From: a bacterium
Lineage (GTDB): Bacteria; Electryoneota; JAOADG01
DNA length: 64,000 nucleotides
NCBI GenBank assembly: GCA_963681965.1
Contig: OY820579.1
Coordinates: 1,568,001 to 1,632,000 of the forward strand
Direction: 5' to 3'
The position numbers and the translations under genes were made by a program. The first letter of the stretch is position 1; each line of letters begins with the position of its first letter. Shown here in pieces: positions 19,658 through 28,062 of the stretch. Below the pieces are notes generated by a model. That model saw nothing but the letters and a program-made list of their open reading frames with translations, was not told the DNA's origin and ran no database searches.

Positions 19658-20791
19658 TTATCGATGTCTACGATCGTCGTCTCGACGTCTGCGATCGTTA
19701 TCGTGCGAGCCTGCGCGTCCGCGATCATTGTCGTGTCGCTCAGGTCGATCCCGGTGTGAATTAAATACGAACGGTGCAGGATGATGTGGGTGGCGGTCCC
19801 CAAGAACGATTCGAAACAATGGGAAGGAAATCGATGCCGGACGCCATGGGTGACGAAAATGGTGAAAAGGTGGATAACACGGACGATCGATAATCCGTAC
19901 GACTCGCTCCTCGACAATCGGTCGTTCGGTGTGAACAATCACCGTTTTGTTACTTGCAACAGTTGAGCGATTTTGGTCATACGTATCCAAGTAGATCGAT
20001 CCGGATCTTGTTTCGACCAGGATTGTTCCATCGCCATTTCCTAACCGACCAGATGCATAAGTCTGACGGGGATTGATGGAAAGCGACGAACCGAAATATC
20101 CACTGGAAACGGTACCGTAATCGGTACGAGCCGAAACCATCGACGAGACATTGTCGGGGAGTTGTAGATGAATGGACCCATTTTCAGTCTTTGCTTTGAT
20201 ACGCCCGTTATCATCTAGCGCTAGATACAAATTCAATTCGCCATTGGTTGTTCGAATGGTTGCATCGCTGGTAGCACCGTCAATGGTGATATTGCCGTTC
20301 ATCGTTGTCGTCGTTAATTTGCCGAAACAATTCGCCAGTTCGATATCGCCATTGGTCGTCTGAAATTGAATGTCGGCTTTCCGATCGCGACATACAATAT
20401 TACCCGAAACCGATGTGACTTTTAGTTGTACTTCGTCGGGTACAGTGATCGAGTATTCGATCGAACCATCGTAATCGGACCGATTGAATTGCGATGATTT
20501 GATATCGATTCCGCTTGCGGAATTGACAACGTGGATTTGCAGTTCATTCAAATAATTATCGCAAAGATCGCTTACCGGACCGATGATTTTTTTAGTAGCA
20601 TGAATTGTGATCCGGTTGTCGGAGCTAGGGAGAATCTCCACATCTCCATTCGAATTCGTCAAGGTAAAGTATCGGATATTGCCGACAGATAACTCCTTGT
20701 CGAATGTCGTCTGAGCTTCGGCGGCGAACGCTAGTGAAGACAGACTGATCGTCAGAGCGACGATTGACAGAGTTAAAGTTGTCTTAAACAT
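19658..20791 (-). CDS. DUF4097 beta-repeat exported protein with low-complexity C-tail
   Basis: Signal peptide; repeated T.NG.I units; His/Pro then Arg/Asp-rich tail. Confidence 0.8.
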   Translation of the reverse strand: MFKTTLTLSIVALTISLSSLAFAAEAQTTFDKELSVGNIRYFTLTNSNGDVEILPSSDNRITIHATKKIIGPVSDLCDNYLNELQIHVVNSASGIDIKSSQFNRSDYDGSIEYSITVPDEVQLKVTSVSGNIVCRDRKADIQFQTTNGDIELANCFGKLTTTTMNGNITIDGATSDATIRTTNGELNLYLALDDNGRIKAKTENGSIHLQLPDNVSSMVSARTDYGTVSSGYFGSSLSINPRQTYASGRLGNGDGTILVETRSGSIYLDTYDQNRSTVASNKTVIVHTERPIVEERVVRIIDRPCYPPFHHFRHPWRPASISFPLFRIVLGDRHPHHPAPFVFNSHRDRPERHDNDRGRAGSHDNDRRRRDDDRRHR

Positions 20792-21141
20792 GATTCCCTC
20801 TTCGTGAGTTACTCATTATACGCATAGGTTCCAAAAAAAGTCGACACTGTTTCCATGAGGTACAAAGTATCGAGTATTCAAAGGTGCTGGAAGCGGAGTG
20901 GTAAAGTCGACGGTAATTTGCGAATAGGGAGAGCGCAACCATCGACGAATAGTTAGTGTGAGTGGATCGAAAGAAAGTTGCTCTTACTAGTGAGATGAGA
21001 GGAATTTCCAATTCGTTTAATCTCGCTAAACGAAAATTGACGCGATCTCCCAAAAAAACAAATTGCACATTCGGTACTGGAAAATCGCGTCAAAAATTTA
21101 TTGAAAGAACAGTCTAGTATGATTCGAACGAGAAATAGAAA

Positions 21142-21474
21142 TTAAAAAACCGGTAGTAACTCTCGTTTAATTGCACGGGACCGACCGATGGTTTTGGAGA
21201 TTGCTCTGGCGGCACGATCGATTGCCAGATCGACTGATTTCAACAGTTCGCTGCTGATGTTTTCAACAAAAACATTGCTGTTGGATTTTAATCGTACTTC
21301 CATCCGACAACTTTTGTCTTCACCCCCCCGGGTACCGTTGAAATTGATCAGTTGGATTGTAACTCGGAGTATGTGTCCGGCATATTTCTTTAGTTTGTTC
21401 TGGATCATCGTTTCGATCCGAATTCGGGTCGAATCATCCATATTGATGTGCAAGTTACGAATGTAGATCTGCAT
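21142..21474 (-). CDS. HPF/RaiA-family ribosome-associated protein
   Basis: MQI..RN, NGTRGGEDKSC, VDLAIDRAAR pattern; GAGGAG RBS. Confidence 0.75.
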   Translation of the reverse strand: MQIYIRNLHINMDDSTRIRIETMIQNKLKKYAGHILRVTIQLINFNGTRGGEDKSCRMEVRLKSNSNVFVENISSELLKSVDLAIDRAARAISKTIGRSRAIKRELLPVF

Positions 21475-22201
21475 ATCTTTCTCCTCTGAAAATCGCGCTA
21501 GTTTTGTTTGAACGCAGATAACAACACTAGGTTCCCAAGAAAATTTTGAACTCTACGGAAACAGAAAACCGCTTTCAATGATTAGATGTTATCGTCGATA
21601 AAATCGTTGCGTTTGTTGAATAACTCTTTCTAAAGGTGTGAACTGCAACACATGATTTCATCGGTTGTATCTTGTCAATTCATTAGTTCGATTTTGATCC
21701 TGATGAATATTTGTACCTATCCATATACCAGTTCTTCGCCGCGTAAAGCGAAAACATCAGGTTACATTCGATGGTCTTGAATACTGAAAATTCTCTAAAA
21801 AAATTCAATTAGTGCTGATCGGCTTGATTCGAAAGCTTTCGCTCGATGTGAATGATCGAGCTGTAAGTTTTTTCAATGAACTCGCTTAAATGGAATTAAA
21901 ACCGATAGATAGAGTGAATCAGTCACTCGTCACTAAAAGTACGGAAACCAGCATGCACTTTTGCTAGGATTATTGAAAATTTGTATTTTTTTTCTCATTC
22001 TAATTAAGTGTATGATTGGTATGAATTAAGATTGAATTTCGAAATTATGTATAGAATAAGGCAATGTGTTGCTATTCACATAATTTGCTCATAGATCGAA
22101 AAACGATTTTTATTTTTGCTTGTTTACAAATTGAGACACTTGTCAAAAATCGTTACATTATGCCGTCTAGTATTAGTTTGTTCAATCCTACGGAGATCAT
22201 T

Positions 22202-24388
22202 ATGAAGCAAAATGTTATCGTTGGCTTGGTGATGCTTCTTACAGTAGTATTGGCCGGATTAGGTTTTGCCTATCCGCGCACAGTACTAATGGAAGACTAC
22301 ACCAACTACTCTTGACCTTACTGCGCGACGGGTCATAATTGGCTCGTTCCATACCTTGCGGGGCAAGGTAGTGTCCAATACATCCAATATCACGAAAATT
22401 ATCCGGGTCCCAATGATCCGTGGTATCTCGCCAATACTCCTCAAGCCGATTCATTGCGTTCCACTTATGGCGTAACCGGTTACCCGACTTATGCGATTGA
22501 TGGTACGACGATTGTCGGATTCGGTCTCTCATCGACTCCCAACACGATCACAACCCGAGTTAATACCCGGTTGGCGATTGCGTCACCAGTGTGGTTGAAG
22601 GTATCGATGGATCCGACCACGAACGATACGATTATCGTGACAGTAAAGGCTGTGGCGAGTTCAGCGATTACGAACAGCTCGCTGAAGATTTACTTGACCG
22701 AAACCCTGGAAACATGGGCAACCCCGGCACCGAATGGTGTGAACCGTTGGGAATTCCCGTTCGTATCGGCTTCACCCTCGGTAGCCGGAATTGCATTTAC
22801 CCATACCGGTACTACGACCGATACACTGACCTTTACCGCCCGGTTTGCACCACGAAGAACTGGTACGGAACCTTATAACAAGGATAGTTGCAGCGTGATT
22901 GCATTCGTGCAGAATAATACTTCACACGAAGTATACCAGTCTGCCCGATGCCACACCATCGTGTCACCGACCAATAACCGAACCTATTTGATCGGTACTG
23001 CACTCCCGATTATCTGGAATCCATACTATACTACCGACATCATGAACATTCTGATCAATCGGAGTTATCCGTCTGGCACTTGGGACACCATCGCTGCCAA
23101 TATTCCGAACTCAGGATATTTCGATTGGACTGCTACCGGACCGATCACCTACAACGCGCGTCTACTGGTGAAATCGACAACGCATCCGCTCAATGTCGAT
23201 ACTTCGATCATCACGATAACCAGTAATACTACTTTGCAAGTGTCACCGAATCCTATTTCGATGACTGTCGCTGCTGGCGATACAGTGCGTACTAACGTAC
23301 TGATCTCGAACAATGGGAGCGCGCCGTTTACCGGTACGCTTGCCGCGACTACTGGATCACTAGGTTATACTTCACTCTCTTCATCACAAGCGTATGGTCC
23401 TGAAGTAGGCTGGTACGACACGGAAGCCGGGGATCCGGGAGCGCACGGCGACGATTCATTATCGGGACCTTATGTGCTGCCATTCAGATTCCCGTTCTAC
23501 GGTACGAATTATACCAACGTCTATATGTGCACCAACGGATATCTCTGCTTCTCAACGGCAGTTGGAGCGTTGTATACAAATGCATCGCTTCCATCCGGTT
23601 ATCCGATGATTTGCCCGTACTGGGACGACTTTGTCGTTAGCGGTACGGCTGTTACCCAAGTCTATGTAGATGCCGATAGTGGTTATGCCATTTTCTCTTG
23701 GCAGAATGTGCCGCGATACGTGACAAGTGGTTCAGGTGGTAACTTCAATTTTGAAGCGATCCTTCGTTCCGACGGTACAGTTGAATTCCAGTATGATGTG
23801 TTAACTGGAACCCTCAACTCGGCTACAATCGGTATTTCGAATGGTACCATTGCCACGCAGGTGATTTACAATCAGACTGCCACGCAGTACTTCGCATACA
23901 AATTCACTCCCGGTGTGATTTGGTCGTCACCAAGTACTACGGTGTTGAGCATTCCGGTCGGTCAGAGCCAAACGATCAGCACACTGTTTGACGCGCGGCG
24001 GTTGACTGCCGGTCAGACATTGAATGGTACATGGGTGATCACAGGTAACATGGCAGCTTCGATTACCGTGCCAGTTTCTATTATCACTACCGCGACTGGC
24101 GTTGCTGAAAACGGAGCAATGGTTCATCGTTACAATCTTGAAAATGCATATCCCAATCCGTTTAACCCGACAACATCGATTCGCTACGAGATTCCGCGTG
24201 CCGATCGAGTTGTGCTGAAACTATACGACAGTAACGGTCGATTGGTCGAAACACTGTTTGATGGAACCAGCATTGCGGGGAAACATACTCAAATGATCGA
24301 TGCAACCAAGCTTGCATCGGGTATGTATTTTGTCAAGATGAATTCTGGCAATTTTAACGCTACTAAGAAAATTATGTTAGTGAAGTAA
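22202..24388 (+). CDS. Secreted Omp28/thioredoxin-fold protein with T9SS type A-like C-terminal domain; probable selenoprotein (in-frame TGA 22313-22315, codon 38)
   Basis: GGAG RBS, signal peptide, VLMEDYTNYS-TGA-PYC, then an unbroken frame (YH..DPW..YGVTGYPTYAIDG) joining the 22454 ORF; C-terminal YPNPFNPTT..LASGMYF..TKKIMLVK. Confidence 0.85.
22327..22370 (+). promoter_or_regulatory. Candidate SECIS hairpins downstream of the in-frame UGA
   Basis: GACGGGTCA-TAAT-TGGCTCGTT (22327-22348, with G-U pairs) and TACCTTGC-GGG-GCAAGGTA (22352-22370). Confidence 0.45.
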
Positions 24389-24405
24389 GCTTAGTAGTAT
24401 CACAT

Positions 24406-24441
24406 AAAAAAACGGAACCTCAGTGAGGTTCCGTTTTTTTT
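24406..24441. terminator. Bidirectional intrinsic terminator
   Basis: A-run-CGGAACCTCA-G-TGAGGTTCCG-T-run between convergent genes. Confidence 0.9.
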
Positions 24442-24526
24442 CTATCAATTTCTTTGGTCGGGGCGTTCTTAGCGTCTGCTCGTTCAGTGGTCGAAACGTA
24501 TTCCGCTTCCCTCTTGTATCTTGATT

Positions 24527-24633
24527 TGTCGTTGCGAGGAACGAAGTGTAGTAACATGCGAAGCATTTACGAAACGTAGAGACGATGCAATCTCCGCTTG
24601 TATCTAGTATCCTGATATGTTATTGCGAGTGAC
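24527..24633 (+). repeat. Degenerate palindromic intergenic repeat (TGTCRTTGCG...GCAATC type)
   Basis: TGTCGTTGCGAGGAACGAAGTG...GACGATGCAATCTC plus partial TGTTATTGCGAG; similar to 32602-32630. Confidence 0.45.
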
Positions 24634-24665
24634 GACAGCTTATAGTTGACAGGAACAGATTCCAG

Positions 24666-25328
24666 TCAGCACCCTTCCTTTTTCTTCTTGCCGCCACTTG
24701 CTGCTGGTGCGGATGAACCACCACCACTTGGCATCGGCTTCGGAGGTTCCATTTTCGGAGTTGTGGCTGGATTGCTTCCGGTTTGTGGAGTTCCACCGAA
24801 GAACTTACTCACTTCGCTCATTTTAGTGAATTCTGATTGTTGTTGTGTCGTTGCATTCACCGCAATCTTTGGAAATAAGATACGGTCATTCCACTCTTCC
24901 AGACCTCCGAAAAGAATATAGACCGCTTTATATCCTTTCGACCGCAGTAGGAACCATGCTTGTGCCGAATGGATCCCCCCTTCGGAATAAAGTACGAGCT
25001 TCTCAGTATGCGAGAAATTAGCGTCGGTAATTTTCGCCGTCGGAATATTCTCGGAAGTCGGAATGTGATAGTCACGGTATTCTTGTTCCGATCGCAGATC
25101 GATCAATCGGTAGTCTGCACTCCTCTTCATTATCCAATCGGTGAGTTCGGTTACATCGATATGATCGACTTTGTTGTCTACTATCATTGCCAGTTCTTTT
25201 GCATCGATTGTTACCGAAGTACCGTGATAAGGATTTCCCGCAAATACCGCCAATAATCCCAAAGTAAAAGCTAATAGCGCGAGTTTACGGTTGCGTGAAA
25301 GCGATTTCCAGAAAGTCATTTTGACCAT
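24666..25328 (-). CDS. Membrane-anchored rhodanese-like protein with C-terminal EGC tail
   Basis: LIDLRSEQEY..YHIP, LVLYSEGG, ILFGGLEEW; Pro/Gly linker ending KKKKEGC. Confidence 0.82.
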   Translation of the reverse strand: MVKMTFWKSLSRNRKLALLAFTLGLLAVFAGNPYHGTSVTIDAKELAMIVDNKVDHIDVTELTDWIMKRSADYRLIDLRSEQEYRDYHIPTSENIPTAKITDANFSHTEKLVLYSEGGIHSAQAWFLLRSKGYKAVYILFGGLEEWNDRILFPKIAVNATTQQQSEFTKMSEVSKFFGGTPQTGSNPATTPKMEPPKPMPSGGGSSAPAASGGKKKKEGC

Positions 25329-25346
25329 CCTTGTAGCTATCGAAGA

Positions 25347-25937
25347 TTATTTCGCAAATTTATTTTCGACCCATTCCGCACCGGCAAAACCACCAATCGC
25401 CATGAGGACTACAGCGAATACTAGTACTCCGTAAGGGATATTGAGTAGCTGCGATAAGGTGATTTGTCCCATCGAAGTCGAATTGTAGAACGATTCCAAC
25501 ATCGGGAACATTTCACCGAAAACGAATATTCCGAAGAATATTCCCAGCAGATAAATCATCCCATCGATTTTTCCCGTTGCTGCTGCAACGCATGATGTAC
25601 CTGGACAATATCCACCAATCACGAATCCAATACCGAGTATCAATCCACCGATCGTCTGAGGAAGGATGTATGTAGGTGTCAAATACACTTGCGATAAATC
25701 CATGAAGCCGATCCACGAGAGCCAGAAAATGCCCAGCATCGCAGTAATGATTGCGGTAAACATTACTTTGAATACGGTCAAGTCGGTAAAGTAGAATTGA
25801 GCAGCTAACTTACGACCACTGCCGAATCCGGCGCGTTCCAGAAAGAAACCGAAACCAATTCCGATAGCAAATGCGAGAATTAAACTAACTTCATCGTTGA
25901 ACATTCCGAATTTGTAAAAGGGTGCGTTCATTTCCAC
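25347..25937 (-). CDS. YeeE/YedE sulfur-compound transporter family (half protein)
   Basis: GIGFGFFLERAGFG, GGYCPGTS. Confidence 0.85.
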   Translation of the reverse strand: MEMNAPFYKFGMFNDEVSLILAFAIGIGFGFFLERAGFGSGRKLAAQFYFTDLTVFKVMFTAIITAMLGIFWLSWIGFMDLSQVYLTPTYILPQTIGGLILGIGFVIGGYCPGTSCVAAATGKIDGMIYLLGIFFGIFVFGEMFPMLESFYNSTSMGQITLSQLLNIPYGVLVFAVVLMAIGGFAGAEWVENKFAK

Positions 25938-26494
25938 TGTCTCCTCATGAAGTATGCCATCGCATAAGCACCGGTAAATACCATCATCATAAACGACCAG
26001 CTCCCGACATTCAGTACCGATCCGCCGGTGAGTGCTTGTCCGCTAGTACATCCCCGTGCCAACTTGGCTCCGAATCCCATCAGCGAACCGCCGATGAACG
26101 CAAAAATCAATCGTCCGGCAATCGAGATATGCGGTCCTTTCTCGACTCCTTTCCGTACCCGATTGGCTAATACACCCGAGAAAAATCCTCCGACAAACAC
26201 GCCCAACACCTCGAATACCAACCAATCTTTGAATGGGCTTTTCGATCCGTCACCGAGGTACTCGGAATAGAATCCATTACCGGAAGCATGAGCAGGCGCT
26301 AGTTTACTGATCGTTACCGAGGTGGCGGTCGAGAATGCACCGGAGGCTCCCAAGCCGCGACCCATGATGACATAGGAAAGCAATAGCACTAACCCCAAAC
26401 CGATTCCGGCGAGATAAGGATTCCAATACGGTTGAGCGACTCGTTCGACAGTCGTCTTAATAGTACTGGTAGTAGTTGTCGTTGATGAAGCCAT
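25928..26494 (-). CDS. YeeE/YedE sulfur-compound transporter family (half protein)
   Basis: YWNPYLAG, GLGASG, GAKLARGCTSGQALTG. Confidence 0.85.
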   Translation of the reverse strand: MASSTTTTTSTIKTTVERVAQPYWNPYLAGIGLGLVLLLSYVIMGRGLGASGAFSTATSVTISKLAPAHASGNGFYSEYLGDGSKSPFKDWLVFEVLGVFVGGFFSGVLANRVRKGVEKGPHISIAGRLIFAFIGGSLMGFGAKLARGCTSGQALTGGSVLNVGSWSFMMMVFTGAYAMAYFMRRQWK

Positions 26495-26536
26495 ATCATT
26501 GCTCCCGCGATGTATCGCGATAGATGATTCCTGATA

Positions 26537-27511
26537 TTAATGAAATAAATTTACATGATTGTGTATTGTGTTGATCCAGCTACTCTGCTGCCCGGCAGAT
26601 ACAATAATGAATCGTAAAAATAGACCGCCTAATATTACCGTGACCGGTGCAATTGCTGTATGATTCACTTTGTGATTGACTGCAAGCAACTGAATAATGA
26701 GTGGAATGACAATACCTATTCCCACCACGAGCACCCAAAATGGTGCAGCAAACGAACCATTCAACAATAAATGTGCTGCGGCTTGATGAGCCTGTGTCGA
26801 ACTGAGCAATCCTATCAGATAAAGACCCAATACAATCAATTCGAAAATTAAAAAACCATTGTCGGCTTTCGCCAGTAACTCCCGTTCGGATTTCAAACTG
26901 GCAATCATGTGTACAAGTGCTGCTGCCGACGAAAGTCCGGATACGAGGAACAACACCCAGAGCATGGCGCTGTTCCATAACGGGCGCGCTCCGAACGCAC
27001 TTAATAAAATCCCGGTATAAATACCCAATGCTGCCCCGATCAGCATATTTCCGACTGCCAGCCACCGGATCGAAGCCGGAGAAGATAGTTTCGCTGAAAG
27101 CGTATCGAGAATTGGAAACAGTTTGCGAATTGATTTTGGAAAATGGTCATGGACGTTCATGAGTACTGTTCCAATCAGAATTGGATACACCAGTAGCAGA
27201 ATCCATGCACCCCACGACATCGGCGATGTGGGTTGAAAGGTGGTATACAGTTGCCAGACATACCATTTGTGTTCGAGATCCAGAAACAATGCAAACATAC
27301 CGACACTTATCAACGCCAGTGATAGTAATGGTAAATGAAAACAGCTTGTCTTGCTTGCCTTGTCGCGACCGCTGAGTAAAAAATATCCGGAGATGATCAT
27401 AATTCCGGCAACCAATCCACCTAGAAATAGGTAGACCGGTATCTGCCAATCCCAGATCCCAAGCATCGGATCGATATGAGGATTATGACGGGTGAATGTC
27501 AATTCGTGCAT
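26537..27511 (-). CDS. psrC: NrfD/PsrC-family membrane anchor
   Basis: WQIPVYLFLGGLVAG, SPMSWGAW, YTGILL..RPLWNS, GGLFLRFII. Confidence 0.88.
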   Translation of the reverse strand: MHELTFTRHNPHIDPMLGIWDWQIPVYLFLGGLVAGIMIISGYFLLSGRDKASKTSCFHLPLLSLALISVGMFALFLDLEHKWYVWQLYTTFQPTSPMSWGAWILLLVYPILIGTVLMNVHDHFPKSIRKLFPILDTLSAKLSSPASIRWLAVGNMLIGAALGIYTGILLSAFGARPLWNSAMLWVLFLVSGLSSAAALVHMIASLKSERELLAKADNGFLIFELIVLGLYLIGLLSSTQAHQAAAHLLLNGSFAAPFWVLVVGIGIVIPLIIQLLAVNHKVNHTAIAPVTVILGGLFLRFIIVSAGQQSSWINTIHNHVNLFH

Positions 27512-27521
27512 CGATTTCTCC

Positions 27522-28061
27522 TCACATCAGGTAGAATATTTGTGGTTGCGTTCCCGCTTCCGGAAGCACCGTGTGGTTCTTATGTGCCGCGATCAAACGG
27601 CTAACTTCGCTATGCGGATCCTCGAAATCTCCGAACGTCATACAATGTGTCGGACAAACCGAAACACACGCAGGATCTTTCGCATCCTCGATCCGGTGCA
27701 CACAGAACGTACATTTATCGGCATACCCGTCGGGGTGAATAAACCGGGCATCGTATGGACAAGCTGCCATACATGCTTTACAACCGATACACTGTTCATG
27801 TGTGACCAAAACGATGCCGCCACGTTCGTGGACATGACTCGCGCCAGTCGGACAGCAATACACACACGGAGGATTGTCGCAGTGATTGCAGCGCTCACTC
27901 CGTAATTCCATCGATAACGTCGGAAATTTTCCAGTAACATCTTGTGTCAGCCAATCCCGATCGTATCCTTCGGGAACCCGGTTTTCGGTTTTGCAGGCTG
28001 CCACGCAATCCATACAACTGACGCATTTACGGGTGTCGATCACCATTCCCAGACGGCTCAT
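27522..28061 (-). CDS. psrB: 4Fe-4S dicluster subunit of polysulfide/thiosulfate reductase
   Basis: CVSCMDCVAAC, CNHCDNPPCVYCCP, CIGCKACMAACP, KCTFC..CVSVCP. Confidence 0.9.
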   Translation of the reverse strand: MSRLGMVIDTRKCVSCMDCVAACKTENRVPEGYDRDWLTQDVTGKFPTLSMELRSERCNHCDNPPCVYCCPTGASHVHERGGIVLVTHEQCIGCKACMAACPYDARFIHPDGYADKCTFCVHRIEDAKDPACVSVCPTHCMTFGDFEDPHSEVSRLIAAHKNHTVLPEAGTQPQIFYLM

Positions 28062-28062
28062 C

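Noticed and set aside
21475-22200. Possible ncRNA or riboswitch in long AT-rich intergenic region
   Set aside because: No recognisable family motif or strong structure; only short chance-level palindromes.
22313-22315. Genome-wide UGA reassignment (code 4 or 25)
   Set aside because: Many complete genes here end in TGA (e.g. RND permease 8277, kinase, aroB, menE, menF), often in ATGA overlaps.
22064-22315. Stand-alone 83-aa small protein
   Set aside because: It is the N-terminus of the TGA-interrupted gene; true start is ATG 22202.
24666-24671. Rhodanese GC-TGA as a TrxR-like Gly-Cys-Sec C-terminus
   Set aside because: Readthrough gives a ~30-codon non-protein-like extension into repeat DNA rather than a short G-stop, and no clear SECIS; simple stop is more likely.
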